DNA of 63,976 nucleotides, counting the filler, from Octopus bimaculoides (Eukaryota), in NCBI RefSeq assembly GCF_001194135.2. It is 6 parts of 6 records of this genome, joined end to end, with 100 filler letters (N's around TTAATTAATTAA, not from the genome) between each part and the next. Parts side by side here need not be neighbours in the genome. Positions count along the whole stretch, not along the records: positions 49,076 to 54,705 come from NW_026322148.1; positions 54,806 to 59,939 come from NC_068985.1; positions 60,040 to 62,829 come from NW_026334156.1; positions 62,930 to 63,976 come from NW_026297996.1; 2 more parts are not named here. One strand, 5' to 3'. Shown here piece after piece: positions 52,560 to 63,976 of the stretch (positions are counted from its first letter, which is position 1; each line of letters starts with the position of its first letter). The position numbers and the translations under genes were made by a program. The notes under the pieces are model-generated. The model searched no databases. It saw only the letters and a list, made by a program, of their open reading frames with translations, and had not been told where the DNA came from.

Positions 52560-52773
52560 CTCTTTAGTATTTAGATTACTCAGTCAAATATAATGCTTAT
52601 TTATTTACATTATTTTAATCATGCATTATCTCATAGCTTAGTCACTTCAATGATGTGATTATTTATTTTAGAATGTCATTTTAGGGTTATTGTGAAAGGC
52701 CAAATTTGATCAGTTTGAACATAAAACAGGTATAATATTTGGGCTAGACATGACCGGTTTAAATGCTAAAGGG
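52560..52773. mobile_element. piggyBac-type MITE, TTAA TSD
   Basis: TTAA (52556-52559), then CTCTTTAGTATTTA ... TAAATGCTAAAGGG, then TTAA (52774-52777). Confidence 0.75.
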
Positions 52774-52937
52774 TTAAGAAAAAGGTAAATAGGGGAGGGA
52801 CATATATTTTCATTTTATGGGTAAGAAGCTTGCCATTGTAAGGCCAAATGTGATATTTTCAGGTACTAGCTCTGGCCTAATAGCTATTTGCCTGCAAGTC
52901 TTAAACCTTTCTTTTTCATTTCTTATTTTCATTCTAG

Positions 52938-52984
52938 TAAGGGCAATCTTGTTGCAGCACGGGCTAAATATATACAAAATAAAG
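52938..52984 (+). CDS. Candidate 47-nt coding exon (KGNLVAARAKYIQNK)
   Basis: Long pyrimidine tract plus TAG acceptor, AAG|GTATTT donor, lying in a CpG-depleted segment. Confidence 0.3.
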
Positions 52985-53462
52985 GTATTTGATATTATGC
53001 ATATGAGAGTATTGGTAGCACATCAGATAAAATTCTTTGTGATTTATCTGTTTACATTCTATGTTAAATTAATTCCCTTCTCTACTTTGCCTTTAATCCT
53101 TCTAAGGTTGATAAATAAGTATTAATTGATAAAATTCATACAGAGGTCAATGTAATCATCTACCCTGTAGAAGATCATGATCCAACATGGCCCCAGTTCA
53201 ATGACTGAAACCAGTAAATGTACAAAAGAATTTAGTTTCTCTCTGTTCTTAGTTCAAATCTCTCTGGGGGTTGATTTTTGCCTCCCGTCTCTCCAGGATT
53301 GATAAAAATTCATAAATAATAAACTTGGATTGATTCAATCAACTTTGGTGACCACCACTGTATATTTATGCTGTATCACTGGTGTTGCATTGTCCCAGGA
53401 ATAGGTAGTTAACTTACAATGTAGAACTGAAATGACCAAGCCGGTAAGGTATTGATCTAGAT

Positions 53463-53809
53463 CAGGGGTTCTCAACCATTTTTTATCTATGGACCCCTTT
53501 AACTACTATTTTACTCAGGTGGACCCCCATAGCCATTTGATGTTTAAAAACTAGTTTTATAGAAACTTCTTCCAAAATTCTTATTTTACTTTTCGCACAT
53601 TCACATTCACTTGTTTAGAGTGATTGATGTAAAATGTTAGAAAATGAAACCTAGCCATTTCTTGCAATACATACATCTAAAGCAAAATTTGTTTAGGGTT
53701 CCTTAAAATACTATTGTGGACCTCTTATTTACTATTTTGTTGCATGGACCCCACACAAATTTTATATGAACCCTCAGGGGCCATATGGACTCTGGTTTGA
53801 GAACCACTG
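53463..53809. mobile_element. hAT (Charlie/Buster-type) MITE, 8-bp TSD ATCTAGAT
   Basis: TIRs CAGGGGTTCTCAACC / GGTTTGAGAACCACTG. ATCTAGAT at 53455-53462 and 53810-53817 fits the NTCTAGAN preference of Charlie/Buster elements. Confidence 0.9.
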
Positions 53810-54330
53810 ATCTAGATCATCATGAACTGTAAGTTCAGATCCACTGCATGCTATATTTCCTATATTGTTTTAGTTCATTTATCTGTTGCAAATACGTACC
53901 AGGTCTTGGAGTGTAGCCAGTGATGGATTGGCATTCTATCAAAGGAAAGATGTATTTCTTAATTTACAGGACAACATAAAACAGGAACTTTGTACTGACT
54001 TCTGAGTGTCCCATGTTGTCTTTTAGATATTTCATTTAACTCTCAATGGTGTAATTCACATTTGCAAAGAGCACTAAATAATTGATGATTGCTTTGATTT
54101 ATCACAGCCTTGAGTTGAAAATAATACTTCCTTGGCTCAAAACAGATGGTTCCTTTAAAAGCTAAAGGCATCACTTTACAGTGACCTAAATATTTTTATT
54201 AGCAGTCACCTTGTTGGAGACTAACTTTGGATTTACATGGGCCCCAATTTAGTAAATAAATTCTGCTCATACTCTAAGCTACCTTAACTACAATTGAGGC
54301 TTGTAAGGCAAAACAATTTTTTTACCATGA

Positions 54331-54705
54331 GGATAAGGTGAGGGTTGGAAATGAGTACAGCAATGAATTCCGGGTAGAGGTAGGGGTCCACCAAGGTTCC
54401 GTCCTCAGCCCCCTCTTATTTATCATAGTCCTCTAGGCAATCACAGAGGAGTTCAAGACAGGTTGCCCCTGGGAGCTCCTCTATGCTGATGACCTTGCCC
54501 TAATTGCGGAGTCACTATCAGAACTAGAGGAGAAGTTTCAGGTGTGGAAGCAAGGTCTAGAATTGAAGGGCCTTAGAGTCAACCTAGCTAAAACCAAAAT
54601 CCTAATAAGTAGGAAGGTAGATAAAACACAAACCCCTTCAGGTAGATGGCCCTGCTCAGTATGTAGAAAAGGAGTAGGTAGTAACTCTATAAGATGTACC
54701 CGGTG
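54331..54705 (+). mobile_element. RTE-clade LINE, RT fragment (truncated by a spacer)
   Basis: EVGVHQGSVLSPLLFIIVL*, ELLYADDLALIAES, GLRVNLAKTK, WPCSVCRKGVGSNSIRC. Confidence 0.9.
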
Positions 54706-54866
54706 NNNNNNNNNNNNNNNNNNNNNNNNNNNNNNNNNNNNNNNNNNNNTTAATTAATTAANNNNNNNNNNNNNNNNNNNNNNNNNNNNNNNNNNNNNNN
54801 NNNNNTGGTAAGACATCAAAAGAATGAAAGAGACCTTGATATGTAAATAGAAGAATTTATCTGTAA

Positions 54867-55031
54867 TATAATATTTGACAATTATTCGGTTGCCATACTA
54901 AAACTCCGAGTTTCGGATGTTTTGTTTGCTTTTCCTCGATAATTGAAGAGATACTACTACTGCAGGTTTCCGCCCCGACATTCGAAACTCGGAGTTTTAT
55001 TATGGCAACCGAATAATTGTCACATATTATA
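54867..55031. mobile_element. ~160-bp MITE with ~55-bp near-perfect TIRs, TA-rich flanks (Tc1/mariner-like)
   Basis: TGACAATTATTCGGTTGCCATACTAAAACTCCGAGTTTCGGATGT / ACATTCGAAACTCGGAGTTTTATTATGGCAACCGAATAATTGTCA. Confidence 0.8.
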
Positions 55032-55238
55032 TGTATATAAATGCTAGTAAAGTTAGCAGTTGGAATTACGGTCCAAGGGATAAAAGTAACCGTTATTACG
55101 ACCGGTATAAATTACCTATGTTAACCCTGGGCATACATATATAAGCATATTATGCTCAAAGGATACAGGCAATAACAAAGATAAACATGAGTTTATCAGA
55201 AATCAAATTTCTCCATTTACTGCTTAATTGATATATAA

Positions 55239-55306
<68 letters not shown>

Positions 55307-58300
55307 TAAAGTTCATTTGTCAACAGAATGTGGCAGTCCTATAAAGCACGACGTTACTGATGTTTAAGCCCCAGGAAAACATATTTTCCAGCTGGCTAGC
55401 GACACACAGTCTGTGTCCACATAGTGTTTGCAAGGGAAGTAATCTCTCCCATCTCCAGTCTTGGTGGTGGGGGTAGAGCCACGCCAAAAATTAAGTCCTC
55501 TGCCTATGGAGATTGTGGCAGGATTGATCTCAGAGTGCACAGCAACTGGAAGAAATATTACGTGGTAATAACATTCAGTGCTGTAGACAGAACACCATTA
55601 GACCAATCCATCACCCCAGGGTGGTAATTTATTTGTCGACACAGGAAAGACGGGATACAAAGTTGGAGTTAGCATGGACAAGTAACTTATGACACATATT
55701 CCTTATTTTGGCACAAGGTCATGAGTTTTAGAGAAAGTATTACGCCGATTACAATAATCCCAGTGCTCTGCTGGTATTTATTTTATCAATCCTAAAGGAT
55801 TGAAAGGCAAACTCGACTTTGACGGTATATAAACTTAAAACGTCAAGAACCGGAAGAAAAGCCGCTACGCATTTTGACCGGCGTGGTAAAGAGATTCTAC
55901 GTTGTTTTTTAGCTTACGACAATTTTTCTATATTCAACAAAGCCGGCAATTTCAAAGGAGAACGAGAGTCGATTACATACACCCGAGTGCACAACTGGTA
56001 CTTTCTTTATCGACCCGAAAGCCTGAAAGACGAAGTTGGCCCGACTTGGCATTTGAACGGAGAACGCAAAATTTCCGTAAGAAATACCGCTATGCATTTC
56101 GCCCGGCGAGCTAACAACGCTGCCAGCTCACCGCCTTCCGTCTGACTCATAACCACTCAGCATTTAACAAGCGCTATCATTCCATCATTTCTGGTGATGA
56201 AAACGAACGAAGAGGAATTCTTCACCCAATACGCTTAGCATATGTTAACTGATGCATTGCGTTGATCTATGAAACATGTATAAAACAATATGGACGATTC
56301 AACACAAAGCACTTTAATAAACTCTCCAGCCGTGTATTTTAAGCAAACACGCAAATATTTGTATCAGTGAGAGAATGTGATTATTTCGATTGAGATGAAG
56401 ACATACACATAAGACACACACGCGCACGGGCACACATGAATGTATGTGCGTTCTGTGTTTGCGCGCGCCCGCGTGTACATATATGGGCATATGTATATAC
56501 GTGTGTGTATGTGTGTGTGTAAGCATATATATATATATATATATATANNNNNNNNNNNNNNNNNNNNNNNNNNNNNNNNNNNNNNNNNNNNNNNNNNNNN
56601 NNNNNNNNNNNNNNNNNNNNNNNNNNNNNNNNNNNNNNNNNNNNNNNNNNNNNNNNNNNNNNNNNNNNNNNNNNNNNNNNNNNNNNNNNNNNNNNNNNNN
56701 NNNNNNNNNNNNNNNNNNNNNNNNNNNNNNNNNNNNNNNNNNNNNNNNNNNNNNNNNNNNNNNNNNNNNNNNNNNNNNNNNNNNNNNNNNNNNNNNNNNN
56801 NNNNNNNNNNNNNNNNNNNNNNNNNNNNNNNNNNNNNNNNNNNNNNNNNNNNNNNNNNNNNNNNNNNNNNNNNNNNNNNNNNNNNNNNNNNNNNNNNNNN
56901 NNNNNNNNNNNNNNNNNNNNNNNNNNNNNNNNNNNNNNNNNNNNNNNNNNNNNNNNNNNATATATATATATATATATATAAATTACGGTGTGTTTAGATA
57001 GATAAATAGATACATAGATAGACTATCAGCGTGTATCTACACATCTGTACAGGTCTGTTCTTCAGCAAGAAATCATTCATTAAACCGTCTCCTATGTCAA
57101 CCTCTCAAAACTCACCGTTGTTTGCCTTTATTTTGCTCTCAGTTGCACTCTATGAGCTATTTTCCCAGTTGAATGCTTCATTTTCTTGATTTTTGTGTGT
57201 TTTTCTTCTCTTATTATTTTTCCCCTTTCCTTTTCTTCTCCTCCTTCTCGTTCTCTCTTTCTCTCTCACTCTCTCTCGCTCTAAATGTCGGTCTGATCAG
57301 TTAAGCATCGATTTCTCCAGCAAATGAAGAAAAACTGAACAAATAAAAGGAAAAACAAGAGATTCAATTTCAATTTTCAACGGGGATTTTATTTCGATCA
57401 TCATCCACTTTGTTTCATCCGTGTATATGTGTGTATGAATTGGTGCGTGCCTGCGTGTGTATGTATGTGAATATATATGTGTGTGTACGTGTGCGTGTGT
57501 ATGTGAGTGTGTGTGTGTGTGTGTATGTGTAAATATATTTGACTGTGCGTGTGTGTGTTGTGAGTTTTATATTTCTCCAATTGTTGCATGGATGAAGAGA
57601 TAGAGAGAACGAAGCAGAAAAGAATAAAGAGAAAAGTATGTACGTGCGTGTGTATGTGAGAGAGAGAGAGAGAGTGAGTGAGTGATAGCGTGCGCATGCG
57701 TGCGTATGTGTGTTGAATAAACAACATTTAGACTTTTGTGCAAGGCTAGAAGCATCTCATTTCGAAGAAGTTAAAGGTTCGTTAATTCATATGCATGAAA
57801 GCGTTCATGATGGTTTTCTCGAATTTCTAAAATGAATTGGAAAAGAGGAAGGCAAGGCAGTGAGGAAAGAAGAGAGAGAGAGAGTTAAAGAAAGAACGAA
57901 CATCATAGTGTAAATGCGTGTATATAATGAGAAAGAGATAGATAGATAAATAGATAGATACATACATACATACATACAAACATACATACATACATACATA
58001 TACGTACGTGTGTGCATCATATATGCTTGTATGCATTTATGTTTAAACTAAAATGCTTAAACATATGTGTGGATAGACTGTAAATAAATTAACAAGCGTA
58101 TAATGAATAAGCATGTATTTCCCTTTACTTTACAAGTAGATCCCGTGCTTAATTAAGTAAATTAATATAAGCCGTCATTGGAACTCCTTACCATAAATAT
58201 ATTACAATCAGTGTCTGTTACTCAGAGTATTTTTTAAAGTATTTCGGAGCTCCTTGCCTCTTACATCTGTAGAAGAAACGGAGTTGATACTTCCGATATA

Positions 58301-58565
58301 TTCATGTTATTTGATTTTCATAGAGAAATTTTAAACTGTGCGATTTGGGAAAGTAAGAATCGAAATGCTGGGTAGCTATAAGTATTTACTAGAGATTTCT
58401 AATCGGTTTTCAGCTTGTACCAGGTTATTTCAACGTTTGATTATACTCTAATCAATTACTCAACTATCACATCAAACAAGTAAAATTTTCTAACAATATC
58501 CCTCTACCAACACACGACCTTCAAACATGCTTTCCTCCTGTCTGCTGTCTCCTTTCTATACTTAC

Positions 58566-58598
58566 ATTTACCAAATCTAATTAGCAGTTCCTCTTCCC
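58566..58598 (-). CDS. Candidate 33-nt coding micro-exon (xEEELLIRFGK), gene unknown
   Basis: ttgtgtttgtAG acceptor and GTAAGT donor. Symmetric phase 1-1, and only one frame is open. Confidence 0.3.
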
Positions 58599-58734
58599 CT
58601 ACAAACACAACTTGCCAAGGACTGTATAACATCAAAAAGAACTGAAATGCAGTACAGCTGACGATGTCTAAGCATGCCGAAATTTCGAAGTCATTACCAG
58701 CCTTCTCTTTCAAAAATTTAATAACTATGCACAT

Positions 58735-59118
58735 AGGCGCAGGAGTGGCCGTGTGGTAAGTAGCTTGTTTACCAACCACATGGTTCCGGGTTCATTCCCA
58801 CTGCGTGGCACCTTGGGCAAGTGTCTTCTACTATAACCTCGGGCCGACCAAAGCCTTGGGAGTTGATTTGGTAGACGGAAACTGAAAGAAGCCCGTCGCA
58901 TATATGTTTGGGTGTCTGTGTTTGTCCCCCCAACATCGCTTGACAACCGATGGTAGTGTGTTTACGTCCCCGTAACATTAGCGGTTCGGCAAAAGAGACC
59001 GATGGAATAAGTACTAGGCTTCCAAAGAATATGTCCTGGGGTCGATTTGCTCGACCAAAGGCGGTGCTCCAGCATGGCCGCAGTTAAATGACTGAAACCA
59101 GTAAAAGAGTAAAAGAGT
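58735..59118 (+). mobile_element. SINE family A, full-length copy (tRNA-like head, CCTTGGGCAAG core, internal TA/TG microsatellite, (TAAAAGAG)n tail)
   Basis: GGAGTGGCCGTGTGGTAAG (A-box-like), GGTTCATTCCC (B-box-like), 3' half GTTTGTCCCCCCAACATCGC...CAGCATGGCCGCAG. Partial copies: 44-201(-), 7445-7670(-), 15032-15176(+), 20640-20760(-), 22500-22690(+), 24598-24730(+), 33131-33250(+), 50095-50205(-), 52120-52235(-), 62985-63068(+), 63650-63697(-), 63698-63945(+). Confidence 0.9.
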
Positions 59119-59781
59119 GTGTGTATTTCGCTTCAAATACATTTAGTGATACATCTACATGGCTTCCATTTAAAGAGAAATTGACAAATATATCAGAAAT
59201 TTACAGAAACAAAATCCTCAAATGAGATTATTGTGGAAAGAGGTATGACGTATAAATGATTAATTAAATGTACAGGGAGAGATTGTCGTTGTGGTTGTTA
59301 TTTAATTTGTTGACATCAACATCCTGGGTGTTTGCGAAGATAACAAATATTTTTAATTACCAACATGATATGTATTTAGAAGTGGGTAACGGGAGAATGA
59401 GGATACACTTGGTCAGAGGATGCGTTGATTAAATAGAGCTGTGTTGACAGGTGAATGAGTTATAGTTATAATGGATTATAGAGAGTTAAGTGGTTTGGTT
59501 TATATTGGAGGGTGTGGTTGTTGTGATAAGCATAGCCATCTGTTACATGGGTGGATGCATGCACCACGCTGACACAAGCTCTAACCTGCATTTATGACTC
59601 AATATCTATACACACACACACACACACACACAGAAGCAAGGAGTTAGAGAGAGTGAAAGGTTCAACTTAAAGCTATACAAATTAAACATGTATATACATA
59701 TATACTCATAGCTACGTACATGTAAACGCGTAATCTGAATATTACATAACCACGAATAGATATATGGGTATATACACACAC

Positions 59782-59815
<34 letters not shown>

Positions 59816-60129
59816 CGTTTTTATATCTGTTTGCAAGATTCTCTATGTTAATTCGTGTGTTGAAACAAATTTTGTTGCATCTAGGGAGAGTCATCATTAC
59901 GCCAGTATAATTAACACACGTGTTAATCATATTGACATANNNNNNNNNNNNNNNNNNNNNNNNNNNNNNNNNNNNNNNNNNNNTTAATTAATTAANNNNN
60001 NNNNNNNNNNNNNNNNNNNNNNNNNNNNNNNNNNNNNNNCATGTCAGTTTAGTCCATTAAAATTATGAATTTTTATATAATACTGTACAGTATTATATAT
60101 CCATTATATACATTATATATAAAAGCTAC

Positions 60130-61260
60130 ATACAATTCTTCAGCAAGTTTCAATCTAAGTTTCCAGAGACCAAGTGTAGACTTTACTGGGAAATTCCTCT
60201 ATAATTAGAGCCTTCCCTCTTGTACTTTTAAAAAATTAGGATAATCACTTTGGATTGCCATTGCTTTGGTGTCTTTACAGAGATCAAAGACAACTGACAT
60301 TCATCAATCAACAATCGAATGCCTTCTCCATTTAAATCTTTGTTTTTACATCTCAGGCCCAATTTTATCCTCACCAATAGCCTAGACACAGTTAAACGCT
60401 TAAATCATTCCTCTGTCTTCAGCCTCTGTGTCTTTGGTCCTAGATGCATCTGGTGTCCAACAGAAGATTTTATTGCTACTGGATTTAGATTGGCAAATTA
60501 TTTTTTTCTCCTCCAAAGGATGCCTTTTTCTGTAGCAAGAAAACCCCCAGCCAAATTCTTAATGGCACATGTGGAAGAAAGCTTCTTGCAAAGAGGTCAG
60601 GGGATAGTTTGCTTGAATACTTTATTGGCCAATCTATAAACACAGTCCAACCCTACCCCAAAGTGTTCCGATTACTTAACCTTTGACGTTTTCATTGTCT
60701 CTGCTGCAACATTTCACACTTCTGTGTACCACAAATGCAAAAGGAGAGATTCGCTTTCAAGACAGGATTTGTAAGCTTCCTTCTTTGTCCAAAGGTACCT
60801 TTACCTACCAGGTTAAACTAGGGGCTTCTTTTACCAGCTAGCATCATACCAAATTGCTTTTCTCCAAAGCATTGTACAGCTGAAAAAGAAACTGCCACAA
60901 ACAAAACAAACGCCATTCCTGTTCAATGAGCACTATTTTTTAAGGAGGTTACTTAATTTGAATGCAATAGCATTCACATATTTTTTTTATTCCATCTTCC
61001 TCTACGGTTTTCCCACTTCATCCTGTAAGTCACACTGGATCCATGAGTTTTGTGAGTTTTCTCTGCTGCAGATAGTTTCAGGTTGCTAATAATTAAATGG
61101 TGATCAGTTGATCTTTTACACAAACTCCAGCATAGTATCAAAGAGGTTTGAGATAATAGGAAACTTCTGATTAGCTTGAACTCCCTATACGAAGGCTCAG
61201 ATATTTGTGATCGGGTAAGTCTAAACTTTTCAGGCTGGGTGCTGGACTTCGGCAAGGGTG
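60130..61260 (-). mobile_element. Degraded RTE-type LINE, endonuclease end to RT start
   Basis: STDHHLIISNLKL (endonuclease SDH motif), YRMKWE, and WQSKVIILIF..K..GSNYRGIS (RT domains 1-2), with many stops and frameshifts. Confidence 0.65.
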
Positions 61261-63976
61261 TGTATTGTAGCCTCTCCTTTTCATAATTTTAATGGACTAA
61301 ACTGACATGNNNNNNNNNNNNNNNNNNNNNNNNNNNNNNNNNNNNNNNNNNNNNNNNNNNNNNNNNNNNNNNNNNNNNNNNNNNNNNNNNNNNNNNNNNN
61401 NNNNNNNNNNNNNNNNNNNNNNNNNNNNNNNNNNNNNNNNNNNNNNNNNNNNNNNNNNNNNNNNNNNNNNNNNNNNNNNNNNNNNNNNNNNNNNNNNNNN
61501 NNNNNNNNNNNNNNNNNNNNNNNNNNNNNNNNNNNNNNNNNNNNNNNNNNNNNNNNNNNNNNNNNNNNNNNNNNNNNNNNNNNNNNNNNNNNNNNNNNNN
61601 NNNNNNNNNNNNNNNNNNNNNNNNNNNNNNNNNNNNNNNNNNNNNNNNNNNNNNNNNNNNCACAGTTATTCCCAACTCCAGCAGTTGAACTTCAGGAGAG
61701 GAAAGGTTGGCAAAAATCCTGTAGGGATTTGAACTCCAATCATGAAATCATCATTTCATGACCATGAGTGAGCTAGAGTTGAGTCACATGAGTTTCACGG
61801 GAATACCCTACTTATCAACCAATCAGTTTGCAGGAGATCACGCTACCAGTTAGAACATCCTCTCACATGTCCTTGAGAATCATGTTCCTTTACAACAGTT
61901 AAGCAGTTTAGCACCAAAAGGCAAATAGAATTCTGATAGCTTTTGAACTGAACGCGTCTCGTCTCTCACCAAGTAAATGAAAGAAATGGCTTCAACAAAC
62001 TTCAGCAAACTCACATCATCGAGATTACTAATGGTCAAGCAAATACAGTTAAGTCGATCCCTATATCTTAATTTCGCTACCAGTGTGGATTTGATAATTT
62101 ATGTATGTATTCATGCTTAACCTTCTCTTAATAAAATCTGTGTTAAATGTTTGCAAGTTTTGTTTCTCTAATATTTCATTCTATATCGGCTACCTCTGAT
62201 GAGTGTAGAGTTATATAATCGAACTGTTACCTAATACTCCGTTGTACCCTTTGCACGAAAGTGATTGGTATGATAAGCAGTGTATACTTACGAAAATATT
62301 TACATATGCACACATACGTCTTTTTTGTTTGTTATTTTGTCTTTGTTGCCATACACATTCCCTAGCTTTCTTATAAAAGGGTCTAATATTCTGAGCTTAG
62401 ACTTTTTGTAGGGCAACCAGATCGAACCATCTAAAGTGTAACTGCCTGAAATGGTTGTGACCTCTGAAGACAGAAAGCCACAAATGACTTTTTGCCTGTC
62501 CTTCTAATTGTTGTTTCTCTTGTCCACCTTGTGTTATACTCGAGACTGGTCATATTTTGCCAATTAAACACAAGCACTATGTATTTGGCTTTCACTTCAG
62601 CTTTATTATTGTTATTTTAGGTTCTTTGCCAAAGCTCTTTCGTCACACATCCGGTGACATCTTCAGCAACTCTTTACCCCATGTGCCTCGTCTTGTTCTA
62701 CTTATTGCATTTTGACTTTCAGTGATTTGTATCCTTATCTGCGTATACGTTTGCATCTGTATCTGTATGTGTGTTTAGAATGTGTGCTTTTGTGTGTATT
62801 TATGGGCTTGTTTACTACACTATTTGTACNNNNNNNNNNNNNNNNNNNNNNNNNNNNNNNNNNNNNNNNNNNNTTAATTAATTAANNNNNNNNNNNNNNN
62901 NNNNNNNNNNNNNNNNNNNNNNNNNNNNNAAAAATCCCCGTTTTCGGATACGGAGGTTCCGGAAAATTGCCAAAAATCACCATTGTGAATAAGTCCTGGT
63001 TGTCGATTTGTTCGAGTAAAGGAGGTGCTCCAGCACGGCCGCAGTCAAATGACTGAAACCAATAGAAGAACGTCATTGAAATCTCAAAGCTATGTTTGCC
63101 AAGTGCTCAGCCTGGTTGCACGTTTAATTTCACGAGCCGGCTCTTCCGTCGATCGGATCAACTGCAACACCGATGCAGCACAGTATATTACTAAATAGTC
63201 TATCGCTGTTACCCGTAACATTAACTTTCTTCAATGAAACTAATATAAACCCATTAGCAACATTACAAAGATGCACACATGTCATCTCTAGAAAGTCCAA
63301 AGTACACACAATTTAAATTCTTACTTAATGTATCAAAGTGAAGTAATCTCTAATCCCATAAGGTCGCGTATATCAGTACTATCAAACGACACATGCTTTT
63401 ATAGAAGGACTCGCCCGGGTCAAATCGCTTAACCCAGACGTGGTTCTTATCAACAGGCCTCACTCTGCCCCGCATTCATTACAGACTTCTATATCTGTAT
63501 TATTTACAAGGTTTTAAATTTTAATAAAATCTTGTTTTACGTCATCAGGTTTTAGGGACGGCCAGATAAAGTTTTTAGAATGAATGACAACATGGCTAAA
63601 TTCAATATCTTGTGCATTGTTGTTGTTACTATCATTATTATTAATCTCTTTTACCCTTTTACTCTTTTACTTGTTTCAGTCATTTGACTGTGGCCATGCC
63701 TTGTGAGTGGATTCGGTAGACGGAAACTGAAAGAAGCCCGTCGTATATATGTATATATATATATATATGTGTTTGTGTGTCTGTGTTTGTCCCCCAAACA
63801 TCGCTTGACAACCGGTTCGGCAAAAGAGACCGATAGAATAAGTACTAGGCTTCCAAAGAATAAGTCATGGGGTCGATTTGCTAGACTCAAGGTGGTGCTC
63901 CAGCATGGCCGCAGTCAAATGACTGAAACAAGTAAAAGAGTAAAAGAGCAACCATTAAAATGCTACATTGGCATCA

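Noticed and set aside
53874-54005. Possible terminal exon FIYLLQIRTRSWSVASDGL...ELCTDF*
   Set aside because: A 43-codon open frame is expected by chance, and its phase does not match the nearest candidate exon.
57116-57300. GTGAGT donor on the minus strand after an AG-rich leader
   Set aside because: Stops interrupt the frames examined; it could be a non-coding exon but there is no supporting evidence.
62190-62275. CTGATGAG...GAAA with an 8-bp stem II on the plus strand; a similar degenerate motif at ~13520-13565
   Set aside because: No convincing stem I/III or cleavage triplet; the 13.5-kb core is mutated.

Overview
Eukaryotic, repeat-saturated, gap-rich animal DNA. The SINE sequences and the density of (CA)n/(TA)n/(AAT)n/(GATA)n microsatellites suggest an octopus/cephalopod genome (inference, not verified). 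No rRNA, functional tRNA or CRISPR array was seen, and most listed ORFs are microsatellite or N-gap artefacts. The best gene candidate is a compact, apparently intronless minus-strand ORF (5752-6249) with a signal peptide, two N-glycosylation sequons, an RKRR furin-type site and a C-terminal transmembrane helix. A few possible micro-exons are reported at low confidence. The rest is a record of mobile elements: Tx1-type LINEs, R4/Dong- and RTE-type LINE fragments, Penelope endonuclease fragments, Helitron helicase, Helentron Rep, hAT/Charlie and mariner fossils, at least three tRNA-derived SINE families, and seven TIR/foldback elements, several with verifiable TSDs. The most notable observations are: (i) one 3' tail of a SINE family matches the 3' end of the Tx1 LINE in the same window; (ii) a GG-ended, 8-bp-TSD (Merlin-like) MITE has a nested inverted repeat centred on a perfect telomeric CCCTAA/TTAGGG palindrome; (iii) a 1.25-kb TTAA-flanked foldback element carries a Penelope endonuclease fragment and a perfect central hairpin; (iv) CpG decay of SINE copies changes between assembly segments. 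Five identical N44-TTAATTAATTAA-N44 spacers are assembly artefacts, so adjacency across them is unproven. I did not find a demonstrably new multi-gene system.
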